Shown: positions 48,485 through 60,984 of the stretch, one piece after another
Layout: every line of letters begins with the position of its first letter
Position numbering within the stretch: the stretch's first letter is position 1
Assembly: GCF_001194135.2 (NCBI RefSeq)
Contig: NC_068991.1
Location: forward strand, 36,914,444-36,978,443
DNA: 64,000 nt
DNA from: Octopus bimaculoides
Taxonomy: Eukaryota
Direction: 5' to 3'
Position numbers and translations under genes: made by a program
The notes under the pieces: model-generated
Seen by the model: only the letters and a program-made list of their open reading frames with translations
Told to the model about the DNA's origin: nothing
The model's database searches: none

Positions 48485-48570
48485 CAGAAAGAAAGAAAGA
48501 AAGAAATAAAGTGAAAAAGAAAAAAAGAAAGTGAAAAGGAAAGAAAGAAAGTGAAAAGGAAATAAAGAAA
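48440..48570. repeat. (AAAG)n tract and derived polypurine repeats
   Basis: Directly visible. Confidence 0.93.
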
Positions 48571-48859
48571 GCTTAGGTGTATGAGTAAAGTGAAAGAAGG
48601 AATTATTATTGTTGTTGAAATGAAACCAGCGACTGACGAAGTCTGGCTGGAAGCAGACGTTCCCCTCTGCCGTACGGTTCAGTTATTTTGTCGATAAATC
48701 ACTATTTCATGCTGTATCGTATAGCCACCTCTTCCAGCCCTTCGCACTGCCGGGAGAGAAGCAAATTGTCAACATGTTCTACGTAATCACGCAACAGACA
48801 CTGACTTCTCTCTGATTGTTACTGTTGTTGCTGATGATGACGATGCGTTTCCTGTTGAT

Positions 48860-48980
48860 TCTGTCGTTGTTATTGCTGTTGCTTCTGCTGCTGTTGTTGC
48901 TGCTGCTGCTGCTGCTGTTACTGTTGCTGTTGTTTTATTGTTGTTTTTGTTGTTGTTGTTGTGGTGGTGGTGGTGGTGGT
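48860..48980. repeat. (CTG)/(TTG)/(GGT) compound trinucleotide tract
   Basis: Directly visible. Confidence 0.9.
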
Positions 48981-49176
48981 AACTTTAACAAATCGAAATT
49001 TGTGTAAGGTGTCAGCAGCAATAATTAGCAGCCCCCATACCCCACCCCTTGAAAAGAACGCGGGCGAAACAAGAAAAACAAAATCATTCGTTCTTCGTAA
49101 ACAAGCATATTATCACAACTCATCTCATGTTCGTATGTTTACTTCACCTTATACGTTTTAATCCTAATCCCATTCC

Positions 49177-49238
<62 letters not shown>

Positions 49239-50332
49239 NNNNNNNNNNNNNNNNNNNNNNNNNNNNNNNNNNNNNNNNNNNNNNNNNNNNNNNNNNNNNN
49301 NNNNNNNNNNNNNNNNNNNNNNNNNNNNNNNNNNNNNNNNNNNNNNNNNNNNNNNNNNNNNNNNNNNNNNNNNNNNNNNNNNNNNNNNNNNNNNNNNNNN
49401 NNNNNNNNNNNNNNNNNNNNNNNNNNNNNNNNNNNNNNNNNNNNNNNNNNNNNNNNNNNNNNNNNNNNNNNNNNNNNNNNNNNNNNNNNNNNNNNNNNNN
49501 NNNNNNNNNNNNNNNNTGTGTGTGTGTGTGTGTCTGTGTCTGTGTGTGTATGCGTATGTGTGCGTGCGTAGTGATGTGTGTGTATCGTGTGAGTACATAT
49601 AAGCATACATACGTACATATATACATATATATTTTGTTCCAAAAAGAATATTCATACATACACACATACACACACACGTACATACACTCACATACACACG
49701 TGTGTACAAATATATAAAGTAATTTTTCTTGCTTTCCAGTTATTAATTCTGTAACTAGATATAAAGTTTTAAAATGTAGACGCGCTTAGTATAAACAAAT
49801 AATTTCTAACTTTGGCCCAAGACTATATTTTTTCTAATTAAAAATGTATGTAGTTAATTAATTAGTCCCAATAGTTTATTGATAATTAGTTTCTGAACTA
49901 TAGAAAGGGTTAAATGGAAAGTTGATTCACGCTGGGCTTAAATACTGAGCGAGAGTCATTTTATCCGCTACCCAACAAATTTTGAACGAAAGATCAGTAA
50001 ACCCCATCCATCATCCCAGTACTTGAATGTTACTTTATTTGAACCCAGAAAGATGAAGGTAAAGAAGCATTACCTTTTGACTTTTACTTTTTACTTGTTT
50101 CAGTCATTAGACTGCGGCCATAAAGTCCTGTTAGTGTAAATATATGTTTAACTTACATGGAATTACGCAAGATTGCAGCTAAGGACTTAAGGACTTATTT
50201 CAACAAGATCGGAATTTGAACTGTGAACTTTTATGCTTCCTTTCTCTTCTCTTTCTTCATCTCCTTATTCCATTACACCTGTCTTCTATGTCGTCATTTC
50301 ATTAATCTATACCCTTTTCATTTTCCCTATTT

Positions 50333-50388
50333 GTCTCCGTTGACGGAACATCCCACACTTTGGGATATTTCAGAAACAGCTTTAAGAC
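50333..50388 (+). ncRNA. Decayed minimal hammerhead-like motif with palindromic stem III
   Basis: GTCT-CCGTTGA-CGG-AACATCCCA-CACTT-TGGGATATT-TCA-GAAAC-AGCT-TTA-AGAC. Stem I GTCT/AGAC; stem II 8 of 9 paired; the core has two substitutions versus CUGAUGA. Confidence 0.45.
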
Positions 50389-50485
50389 ATTGAATCTTTT
50401 TTCCAATAATAATAATGAATATGACTTGAGATGTTTGCCATGCCTTAACGTTTGTTGCCTTCTTTAACAATTATATGTATGTATG

Positions 50486-50554
<69 letters not shown>

Positions 50555-50779
50555 CAAAGAATATATATACATGTATACACACATATATGTACATACTTAC
50601 ATCTACATGTGTATATACATGCATATCAGGGTACAGGACGTTAGAACAATAAACTACAGACAACGGAACGAACACATAGGAAAACGGAAAGCCACTTGGA
50701 ATATCCCTTCATCAGCTGTCTCTATTCTATCTAGACGAGTCTTGTAGTGTTTCGAAGGCAATTTATATATATATATATA

Positions 50780-50890
50780 TGTGATGTGCGCCTGTCATTT
50801 TCAGTTTACCAATCCATTCACAAGGCTTTGCTCGGCCTGGGCTATTGTAGAAGACACTTGCCCAAGATGCCACGCAGTAGGACTAGCCTA
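50780..50890 (-). mobile_element. SINE family C fragment
   Basis: CACAAGGCTTTGCTCGGCCTGGGCTATTGTAGAAGACACTTGCCCAAGATGCCACGCAG. Confidence 0.82.
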
Positions 50891-50925
50891 AACCCAGAAT
50901 ACAGATGTACTGGCTGCGTGTGTAC

Positions 50926-50964
<39 letters not shown>

Positions 50965-51303
50965 CTATTATCTCTAATTACCTTTTGGATATACATTTTT
51001 TATATGCATCTGAATTGAGTTTCCCACTAGTAATGCTTTTCCTATATATATGCACATATGTAATTCTTTTTCCAAATAAATTGCATTTCATATTCGAGAC
51101 TCTGATAAAGTTGTAGGGCGTTATTTAAGCACTCAACTATGAGTCCACTGCATCTTATAGCAGAAACAGCTGTAAGCTAATGAAGTTCATAACATGTCAT
51201 CTCATTTTCTAATTACCGCTCTATACTCGTCTAACACTTCCATCTGAAGCATAAGTATACTGAGTTCTACACCAGGTTATTAGTCTCGCAACGCCTAAGG
51301 GAA

Positions 51304-51363
<60 letters not shown>

Positions 51364-52389
51364 NNNNNNNNNNNNNNNNNNNNNNNNNNNNNNNNNNNNN
51401 NNNNNNNNNNNNNNNNNNNNNNNNNNNNNNNNNNNNNNNNNNNNNNNNNNNNNNNNNNNNNNNNNNNNNNNNNNNNNNNNNNNNNNNNNNNNNNNNNNNN
51501 NNNNNNNNNNNNNNNNNNNNNNNNNNNNNNNNNNNNNNNNNNNNNNNNNNNNNNNNNNNNNNNNNNNNNNNNNNNNNNNNNNNNNNNNNNNNNNNNNNNN
51601 NNNNNNNNNNNNNNNNNNNNNNNNNNNNNNNNNNNNNNNNNNNNNNNNNNNNNNNNNNNNNNNNNNNNNNNNNNNNNNNNNNNNNNNNNNNNNNNNNATA
51701 TAGTTGCCATTATAGATTAAGATGTAACAAAGCGAAATATTTTGTTCCATACTTTGAAATGACGTCGGAAAATAATATAAACATACACCGCTAACACACG
51801 CGCGCGCTCACACAAACGAGCAAACAAACAACCAGAGACACATACACACACCTAGAACATAAATCAACTCTATCGAAGGAAGAAAAAGAGAAGAAAGGAA
51901 TAAACGAAATATGTTCCTGGGAAGATATGAAGCAATAAAAGCTGTGAGGTTGTAAGCATATTGGTCCACTTGTTATTTTATGTGCTGTGTTTTTAAGAGA
52001 CCTACATTAACGTAGGCATACATTTTATTTTCTATTTCTGTCAAGTATTATATTTGTTCTTCGTTCTTCATCTAATTTTTAACCCTTTCAATCCCATCGT
52101 TCTTTCGTTCTTTCTCTCTTTCGTTCTTTCTCTCTTTTGTTCTTTCTGTCCTCCTTTACTTCTTATTTGTCATGTTGTCATTTACGATGTGGCTGAAATG
52201 ATGTACCTCTCATAAGTGACATTTTCTGTTTCCTTTTTCTTTTTTTATTAAAGTGTTCGATTGTTCAGCGGAATTCTAGAAATTTCAGACCTGTCTTCTT
52301 CAAAATTGCCAATTCTTTATTTTCTATATTATTCTTAATATATTATTCCTTATAATTTTCTTTATTACCATTTCTTTGGGTGTGTATGT

Positions 52390-52460
<71 letters not shown>

Positions 52461-52614
52461 TGTGTGTGTGCATATATATATATATATATGTATGTATAAT
52501 NNNNNNNNNNNNNNNNNNNNNNNNNNNNNNNNNNNNNNNNNNNNNNNNNNNNNNNNNNNNNNNNNNNNNNNNNNNNNNNNNNNNNNNNNNNNNNNNNNNN
52601 NNNNNNNNNNNNNN

Positions 52615-52673
<59 letters not shown>

Positions 52674-53070
52674 GTATATATATATAATGTACATATATAT
52701 ATATATATATGTATGTATGTATGTGTGTGTGTATGCATGTATGTATGCATGCATGCATGCCTGTATGTATGTATGAATGTATATATGCATGCATGTATAA
52801 ATGTTTGTATTTAACTGAGATTCCTCTTAATTCAAGCCTGCATCATCCGGGACAGCAAAGAGTTAATGCAAAATACGCGGACAGAGTAAAAACTTAAGTG
52901 TTCACAAAGGAAAATTCGATGAACTTGAATCAATTAAGGTCTTTGATAAGGTTCGAATTTAGGGCGCTTTAAATTGGAGGACTTTTTTTTTACTATCTTA
53001 TGTGAAACCGTAGTCCACTCTTAGAGGTGAACAGGTGTAATTCAATCATGTTTAGTATTAGTTGTCCAGA

Positions 53071-53270
53071 AGGTGGTGAGCCAGCGGGATCGTTAGCACG
53101 CCTGGTAAAATGCTTAGCGGCATTTCGCCCGTCTTTGCTTTCTAAGTTCAAATTCTGCCGAGGTCGACTTTGCCTTTCATCCTTTCGAGGTCGGTAAAAA
53201 TAAGTACAAGTTGAGCACTGGGCGTCGTTGTGATCGACTTACATTGTGCCAAAATTTGAAGTCAATATTA
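53071..53270 (+). mobile_element. SINE family A
   Basis: Consensus match with a short internal deletion near the tail. Confidence 0.88.
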
Positions 53271-53465
53271 GTTTTTCAGTTGAACGATCGACCTCTGTTA
53301 CTACAAGCTTTTCTTTTTCATAACTAGTAAATGATCTGAAAGGATCATTTATTAGTGCTTCTGTGAAATATATAACCATATTGCTTATTCCAAGTCAAAC
53401 TCATGAGAGTTTTTAACTGTAGATAGCTCTGTGTATTAGAAATGTGGTTCCGCTTATTTTAATAC

Positions 53466-53520
53466 CTAATGAACTTCCATCTCCGTTAGACAAATCAGTC
53501 TGTTCACTGCACCAATACAT
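53466..53520 (-). CDS. Candidate internal exon 2 (MYWCSEQTDLSNGDGSSL-G), phase 0/1
   Basis: Acceptor GGTTTCCATTAACAG, donor TAG/GTATTA; 55 nt; bridges the phases of the neighbouring candidates. Confidence 0.33.
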
Positions 53521-53620
53521 CTGTTAATGGAAACCTCCAGATTTACTAGAAAAGCTAAAATCAGCTGGAGAAGGTGATCTTGTAAATGCGAAAGCCTTGT
53601 ATCAAATCAATAAATAAATA

Positions 53621-53841
53621 ATATTCTTTTCTACTCTAGACACAAGGCCCGAAATTTGGGGGGAGAGGACCAGTCGATTAGATTGATCCCCCATCACGAA
53701 ACTGGTACTTAATTTATCGACCCCGAAAAATGAAAGGCAAAGTCAACCTCGGCGGAATTTGAACTCAGAACGTAAAGACAAGCGAAATACCGTTTAGGCA
53801 TTTCGCCCGGTGTGTTAACGTTTCTGCCAGCTCACCGCCTT
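53621..53841 (-). mobile_element. SINE family A, full length
   Basis: Consensus match, reverse strand. Confidence 0.92.
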
Positions 53842-53872
53842 AATAAATAAATAATATTACGTGTAATGATGT

Positions 53873-54080
53873 AAGATGGCGAGCTGACAGAATCTTTAGC
53901 GCTCCGGGCAAAATGCATAGCGGCATTTCTTCCGTTTTTTCATTCTGAGTTCAAAATTCTGTTGAGGTTGACTTTGCCTTTCATCCTCTCAGGATCGATA
54001 AAATTTGAGTACCGGAGTTGATATAATTGACTTACCGTCTCCCCGAAATTGCTGGCCTTGTACCAAAATTTGAAACTAAT
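53873..54080 (+). mobile_element. SINE family A, head-to-head with 53621-53841
   Basis: Consensus match; ~30 bp spacer. Confidence 0.9.
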
Positions 54081-54756
54081 TTTAAATACAAAGATTAAGG
54101 CGATGGTATGGCATGAACCGTAATGAAACAAACGAAATACCGAATATTTTTTTATTCACCTTCTTCATCCCGTGTTAGAATTCCAACGGGTTCTACTTCT
54201 CTTCTCATCACTTAGGGCTCGATAAATTAAGTACCAGTAATATATTAGTGTCTAGCAGCAGACAGTTTGTTTTCTTCACTATGCACAGTTTACATTTTTA
54301 CATTTTCAAACCCAATATCGCAGTCCTGACGTTGACTTCTACATTTAACAAACCTGTTTCTACTTCCTGTGTTGATAAGTAGAGCCTGTTAATATTTATT
54401 TTACATACCCAACAAATATATGGTCTTGTGTCGATCTGAGAACTTTACTATGTAGGATATGCTGCAAACTGGTACCAGAAGCTAGTGCAGTACACAACTA
54501 CAAACGATGTTGGCACTTTCAAACTAATGAATGCTTCGTTAATACAACTTTCCTCCTAAGTATGTAAAGAAGACGGGAAATGGTGTATCATTATCCTAAC
54601 GGTTAAACGGCCAAATGTATCTCATGGCAATACAGTTTCTGACGGTCACACATGAGAATAGAAAAAGGTTTCCAGAATTTTCCGATTGACTCAGCTGCCT
54701 TCTCCTCCCTATCCACTCGTGGTCTTGTTAAGTAGTGGCAACAAACTAAAACTGAC

Positions 54757-54873
54757 ATCAGCCACATAAACTCTGGGTGGTCTCCTTGAAAATGATTTTA
54801 TTTCTTTATTCCACAACTCAACAGCGTTGTCTGCTTTCTCATCTCCACATTTGACAATGAAGAGAGAGAGAAG
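54757..54873 (-). CDS. Candidate internal exon 1 (LLSLFIVKCGDEKADNAVELWNKEIKSFSRRPPRVYVAD), phase 0/0
   Basis: Acceptor TTTTCATTATATTAACAG with a CTCAT branch-like motif, donor GAT/GTCAGT; 117 nt; only one frame open. Confidence 0.42.
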
Positions 54874-55140
54874 CTGTTAATATAATGAAAACTAGCATGA
54901 GTCCCTAACCTCGATTTAGCATTTGTATCTAGTCTCATTGTTGCTTCAATCCCGAAAGTTATAAAGAATCAGGGTGGAAATGGTTTCTTTCTTAGAGGAA
55001 AAAATCGAGATTTTGCTCTCTTAAAAAGTAACTAGTTTCATCGACATACATACATACATACATACATACATACATAAATACATACATTATGGTAGAAGCC
55101 ATAGCCACTCATAACAAAAAAAGGAGTACTGGTACAATAT

Positions 55141-55710
55141 CCCAGTGAAAACCTCAATAAAATGTAAACATAAGAGAACTGACATACTAATTGAGAAAGA
55201 GAAGAGAAATTGTGTATATGGGCAGATGTTAACATAAAGCTAAAGATCAGTGAAAAACAAAATACCTGAGCTGAAATATTGAGGAATCTACAGCTACTCT
55301 ACTCAGATTACAAGTTCAGGTTTATACCTGTGGTTATAGAAGCACTGGGATATGTGATACACTGCTTGAATACCAATCTTGAGAAATTAGGCTTCTCAAA
55401 ACCAGAGAGGAGAAAGCTGATTCGAAGACTACAGATTCAAGTCCTCACTGTGACTGTAAGAATTCTGTAAAACTTTCCAGAAGTTAATCATTTAAATATA
55501 TATGAGCATGTCTAGACATGCAAGTATATGTATGAGAAGACATACATAAAGCAAGATATACAAATCTGCACATATACATACATACACACATGCATACAAA
55601 AATACTCTATTGTCGATGTTGAAATTCCAATGAAGGAGCCTTGGATCTAAGTTAGAAACCAGCTCTTTCTCTATTGGCAAGAAATCTTTAAATAAAACTG
55701 AATGACATAA
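55141..55710 (+). mobile_element. Second long copy of the (TACA)n-associated RLE LINE 3' end
   Basis: Colinear with 47433-48028 (LLRNLQLLYSDYKFRFIPVVIEALGY...RLQIQ); starts near the same point (CAGTGAAAACCTCAATAAAATG) and ends in TACA repeats. Confidence 0.85.
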
Positions 55711-55769
55711 TACACACATACATACATACATACATACATGCATTTATTCTATATGCATGCACAGACAGA

Positions 55770-55806
55770 TAGACGGACGGACAGACAGACAGACAGACAG
55801 ACAGTC

Positions 55807-55870
<64 letters not shown>
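55770..55870. repeat. (GACA)n-(GATA)n microsatellite
   Basis: Directly visible. Confidence 0.95.
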
Positions 55871-55871
<1 letters not shown>

Positions 55872-55936
55872 TTGGGAGTTACAAATGTCAAGCAAATGTT
55901 ATAGTCTGAGTCGGTGTGTTGAAACTGACGGAATTA

Positions 55937-57223
55937 TCAGGCTGAGTAAAAAGTAAGCAACGTTTTGAAACATGAACTTCATCACAATATATTTGAACAA
56001 TGCGGGAATTTTATTCATCAAAGTAAGTACCATTACAATCAACACATTTTTGCCAATGAGTTACAAGTTTGTTTATTCCAGTAACATAAGAATCTGGAGC
56101 TCTGAAGCTGAGGAACTCTTTGAACGCACTTTCAGCATCCGTATGATTTTTGAACGCCTTCTCTCGCAGGAAACCATCAAGGTGATTGAAAGAGTAGTAG
56201 TCGGTAGGAGAACGGTCTGGGGAATATGCTGGGTGGGGAAGAACTTTGTAGCCAAATTCCCTCAACTTCTGGAGGGTCATAAGTGAAACGTGTGGTCGAG
56301 CAGTCTTGAAGAATGATTGGCCCTCTAATGTTGACCAATCTGGGATGGAGGAGTAGCAGTTTTTCGTTCAATCTGGCAATTTCATGACAATGTTCCTGCA
56401 GTAATGGGTTTTACGGGTTTTAAGAATTATAGTGGATGAGTCCAGCAGTACACCATCAACCAGTCACCATAACTTTTTTTTTTTTTGAAGAGCTCGGGGG
56501 TTTAGAGAAGGTTTTCGGTGCTTCGTTTTGGTCCAACCACTGCGAAGAACATTTTTTATTATTGTACAGAATTCGCTTTTCATCGCAAGTTACAATACGG
56601 TCGAGAAATGGATCGGTCTGGTTACGGAGAAGAAGCGATGAGCAAATTTCATACCCGCGCATGTTTTTATTTTCATTCAAATCGTATGGTACCCATTTAT
56701 CGAGCTGTTTTGATTTTTCTTTCGCATGCAAATGGTTGTAGGCAGTTTTCTAGCTAACTTGTTCTTTTGCCAGTTCTCAAGTGGTTTTACGTGGATCTTT
56801 CTCAATGACGGTCTTTAATTGACCGTCATCGATGACAGATGCGCATCCGCTATGCTCACCATCTTCAAGGCTCAGGTCTCCACTACGAAACCGTTCAAAC
56901 TATTTTCGATCTGACCACTCACTGGTCATTTCTTATCCAAATATTTCATTGATATTGCAAGCAGTTTCAGCTGCTTTACGTCCTTTTTTGAAGTTGAATA
57001 GCGAAATTGCTCGAATATCGCGCTTTAACAGTTCCATTTCAGATGATTGTAAAAACGGTGAAAAAAATATCAATCTTAATTTATTGATTCATTTGGGCAA
57101 ATCTATGTCTATATTATCAGTCAATTGTAAAATAAAAATGTTTTAAAAAAATTCAAAACTCTGCAAAAATCCGGTACAAATTCTTCATGGTTCAAAACGT
57201 TGCTTACTTTTTACTCAACCTGA
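55937..57223 (-). mobile_element. Full-length mariner (DD34D) element, 1287 bp, pseudogenised transposase
   Basis: 40-bp TIRs TCAGG(C/T)TGAGTAAAAAGTAAGCAACGTTTTGAA(A/C)CATGAA with TA on both sides. Transposase 57037 to 56011 with WVPY, VTCDEK, YSPDRSPTD; contains stops and frameshifts. Confidence 0.95.
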
Positions 57224-57229
57224 TACATC

Positions 57230-57465
57230 GAGGAAGAGCCATTCAAACCATTTAGGAACACACACACAAAAATCTGTTAAATTGACATTTCGTTTATTTT
57301 TTGAGATGTCACAATTATAGTTTCTTTGTATATTTGATGCTGTTAAATTATGTCAGTGATGATCAGGTCGCGGAAATGCGATGAACATTTTGACACGTTG
57401 ACAAATAAACAAAAAATTAATATAACAGTTTTGTATGCTCTTTAATCGCTCTTAAATATGTGTAT
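57230..57465. repeat. Highly diverged relative of the 6757-7124 fold-back element
   Basis: CATTTAGGAACACACAC...GTCAGTGA..CAGGTCGCGG..GCGATGAA.ATTTTGACA...TCTTAAAT parallels blocks of 6790-7035. Confidence 0.45.
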
Positions 57466-57499
57466 GGTGGTGGTGGTCGTCGTCGTAGTGGTGGATTTC

Positions 57500-57700
57500 C
57501 ATCGTTTGACGACGAGGGTTCAATCGATCAACCAACGGAGTTATCTGCTCCTGAATCACCATATAAGTAGCTGAACATTCCATAAACAAGTGTGCACTTA
57601 AAGTAATTGTCGGATAGAATCAGCCAGCCACAGCTTTTAACGTTTTGAATGACTATTTCAATCCACCCGACAGATTTCTATACAGTTTCCGTTAAATAGA
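57500..57700 (-). mobile_element. Diverged SINE family B tail fragment
   Basis: GACGACGAGGGTTCAATCGATCAACCAACGG parallels 58900-58940. Confidence 0.5.
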
Positions 57701-58880
57701 AACACACACACACGTACGCATGCTCGCACGCATTCACGCATGCATGCTTACAACATATTAAACTCAGCGGAAAATGCTCAATATATGATCATAAATTGCT
57801 CAGGCCACGCTATAAAGGTAATTAACACACCATATAATGACAATTCGTGTACCGCTACCTCACAGTGCTTCCTTGACAAAATCATTAGACAATATTAGTT
57901 TTGTTGAATCTAAGGCCGTCTACTTCTGTACATTCTCTCGCATCCACTTTTATATCAATCACCGCATGTCAAGCTGCTACGTAACAACAGAATTTGCAAA
58001 ACATTGTTCTTCAACCCCAGGAAGCGAAGACAGGAACAAATATATTTGTCGTGGAAGATAAACACGTATACGCTTAAAGTAACTCTCGGGCAGAATCATC
58101 ATGACACAATATTTGAAGACTGTGCCGTTTATCCTTTTCATGTGGTGTACCAGAAATTCAATTTTGTAAAGTTTGCATTTAACTATGGCTGGGGCTTGTT
58201 TACTTTTTAATTATTTGTAGAGTACTTTGAATTGATTATACTTCATTTAGGCAAGCTAACATGTACTAGTGGAGCCATCGACAAACTTTGCCAGGATAAC
58301 TTAAAGCCTGATGTTATCAACTTAGCCTTATACTGACGCTTTACTAACCATTTCAAATGTATGAAATATCGTTATTAAGACTGGTGTGCAAGCATCTTAA
58401 GTGCTATCAAAATTCCGACCGGTGTAGTTTCATCCATCGCTGTTTTACAGGAATCAAATTGTATAGTGCCACTGCAAAACTCCAATTTCATTTAACATCA
58501 CTGGTGAAGGGGTTTAAAATAGCAAATGCTCGTTGCCACATGATGCAATGGGATTTGATGAATCGCATTTGTTTTTGATGCTCAGCTGACAGGAAGGAAA
58601 TATGGCGTCAGAAAAGCTGGTGATATGACAGAGACCACAGTGGAAATGAAAGATGAAATAGGTGAAGTGTAGAACACAGGTTGGACAGGAACGGACAATG
58701 GACAAGTGATTGACCTCCTATCAATGTGAGATATTGTAAACAAAATTCGTCATATTAAAAGGGAGACGCATGCAATTAAATCAGATGGGTTAAAAAGTCA
58801 ATGTGCACGGTTAAGAAGTCAATGTGCAACTGAATAAAAGAAAATCTTGTGGAGTGTATTTGTATACACACATACATATA

Positions 58881-59200
58881 ACTGGCACTCCGTCGATTAC
58901 GACGAGAAGGGTTCCAGTTGATCTGATCAACGAAACAGACTGCTCGAGAAATTAACGTGAAAGTGACAAAACACTCCGCAGTCACCTGTACTCATAACAT
59001 AGTTCTCAGGGAGATTCAGCGTGACACAGTATGTTACGAAGCTGGCTGTTTGAAATACAGATACTACTCATTTTTGCCAGTTGAGTGGACCGAAGAAACA
59101 TGAAATAAAGTGTCTTGTTCAAGGAACATGCTGCCAGGAATCGAACTCATGACTTTATGACCGTAAGCCAAATACCCTAACCATTAAGCCACTCGCCGTC
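58881..59200 (-). mobile_element. SINE family B (CORE-like), full length
   Basis: Reverse complement of 3957-4284 throughout. Confidence 0.88.
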
Positions 59201-59241
59201 ATACACATATATACGTAAACATAGATGTCATGTAGGTGTGT

Positions 59242-59278
<37 letters not shown>

Positions 59279-59282
59279 TATG

Positions 59283-59333
<51 letters not shown>

Positions 59334-59665
59334 TTGTGTGCGTGCGTGTGTGTGTGCACGTGCTTGTGCATCCGCACGTGTGAATAAATAGATCTCATAC
59401 ATACACACACGCACGCGTGCACACACACACACATGCATACATACACACACACACACACACATACACACATACAGCTTAATCAACCCGGTTTGCAATCCCC
59501 AGACTGATCTGGGAAAAAATGTCAGATTCGATACACAGCGTAATTTGAGTGAAAACGAGGCCATGCTATTTCATTATAGAGTGGGCGAATTCTACAGCCC
59601 AGAGGCCGTGACTCTGGAAATCACTTAGCTAACCTCATCCGATGTTAAGCCGTGTAAGATTATAA

Positions 59666-60867
59666 TGTAGTGAAACTAACACCTCGATCTCCATTACATA
59701 CAAAACTACCTATCGCCATTAGATACAAAACTACTATCGCCATTACATACAATCTTCTCATTTAAATATAAATAAACGCGAGCGTAGTAGAGAACCCATT
59801 CCTTGTCATCACGTGACTGATTATTATTCGAATCGGCAACTTCTTCGAACCGTTCCCGCCAGAACGCAAACTGACCAATCACAGCCCCTAATAAGGTCAC
59901 GTGATAGAGTATTAAACTGAAGCCTTCGGGAGCCGATAGTTTGTTATAAATAGCTTTAACTCATACCCAACAAATTTGTCTCGGTCCAGTTTCTCTTAGA
60001 GACTGTTCCGTGTACTACACGACAGCAGCAGCAACAATCAGCCAGCGACCACNNNNNNNNNNNNNNNNNNNNNNNNNNNNNNNNNNNNNNNNNNNNNNNN
60101 NNNNNNNNNNNNNNNNNNNNNNNNNNNNNNNNNNNNNNNNNNNNNNNNNNNNNNNNNNNNNNNNNNNNNNNNNNNNNNNNNNNNNNNNNNNNNNNNNNNN
60201 NNNNNNNNNNNNNNNNNNNNNNNNNNNNNNNNNNNNNNNNNNNNNNNNNNNNNNNNNNNNNNNNNNNNNNNNNNNNNNNNNNNNNNNNNNNNNNNNNNNN
60301 NNNNNNNNNNNNNNNNNNNNNNNNNNNNNNNNNNNNNNNNNNNNNNNNNNNNNNNNNNNNNNNNNNNNNNNNNNNNNNNNNNNNNNNNNNNNNNNNNNNN
60401 NNNNNNNNNNNNNNNNNNNNNNNNNNNNNNNNNNNNNNNNNNNNNNNNNNNNNNNNNNNNNNNNNNNNNNNNNNNNNNNACTATTGGGTACACAAGAACT
60501 GGTATAAAATTGCTCACGTGTTATTGACTCTCTTTCTATCTGCTGTAATATGTCACATACACACACATGTATCACTCACATACACACTTTTCTTTGCATG
60601 ACGGCCTGTCTTTGATTATGTTCTTATATGTCGCATTCACACTCTCACACAGACATACATCTTTAACGCTACAATAAATATCTCTGTTATTCGGTCTTTC
60701 ATTACTGGTCATCTATGTTATCGTCGCATAACATATATTATGTATATCATCATTGATATATATAATTTTTGTGTTCGACCGTGTGACACGTTTAAATAAA
60801 AGGAGTCCTCTGTTTTTCCATTCGTCACCATTTCTCCTTTTTTGAGTTCACACGGTCGTTCCTTACA
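59666..60867 (+). mobile_element. Probable solo LTR (TGTA...TACA termini, 4-bp ATAA TSD) spanning an N-gap
   Basis: Starts TGTAG at 59666 and ends TTACA at 60867; ATAA at 59662-59665 and 60868-60871; promoter motifs in the 5' part and AATAAA at 60795-60800. Confidence 0.6.
59809..59952 (+). promoter_or_regulatory. Compact Pol II promoter-like cluster: two TCACGTGA E-boxes, GC box, CCAAT, TATA
   Basis: TCACGTGAC 59809-59817, CCCGCC ~59855, GACCAATCA 59873-59881, GTCACGTGA 59896-59904, TATAAATA 59945-59952. Confidence 0.55.
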
Positions 60868-60984
60868 ATAATATTAAGTTGAAACAAAAGTGAACTAATC
60901 AGTTGAGTATGGACGAGTATATTGTCAAGTAATAACCCTATATGTACTTCAACTCATAATCCGCGTTAAAACAATGTTGGTGGT

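Noticed and set aside
57930-58220. ~80-codon stop-free minus-strand frame
   Set aside because: Weak splice signals, no homology recognised, and phase not linkable to the exon chain.
58490-58590. Strong minus-strand acceptor (CTGAC...TTCCTTCCTGTCAG) with a short open frame
   Set aside because: No good donor before the stop, and the phase is incompatible with neighbouring candidates.
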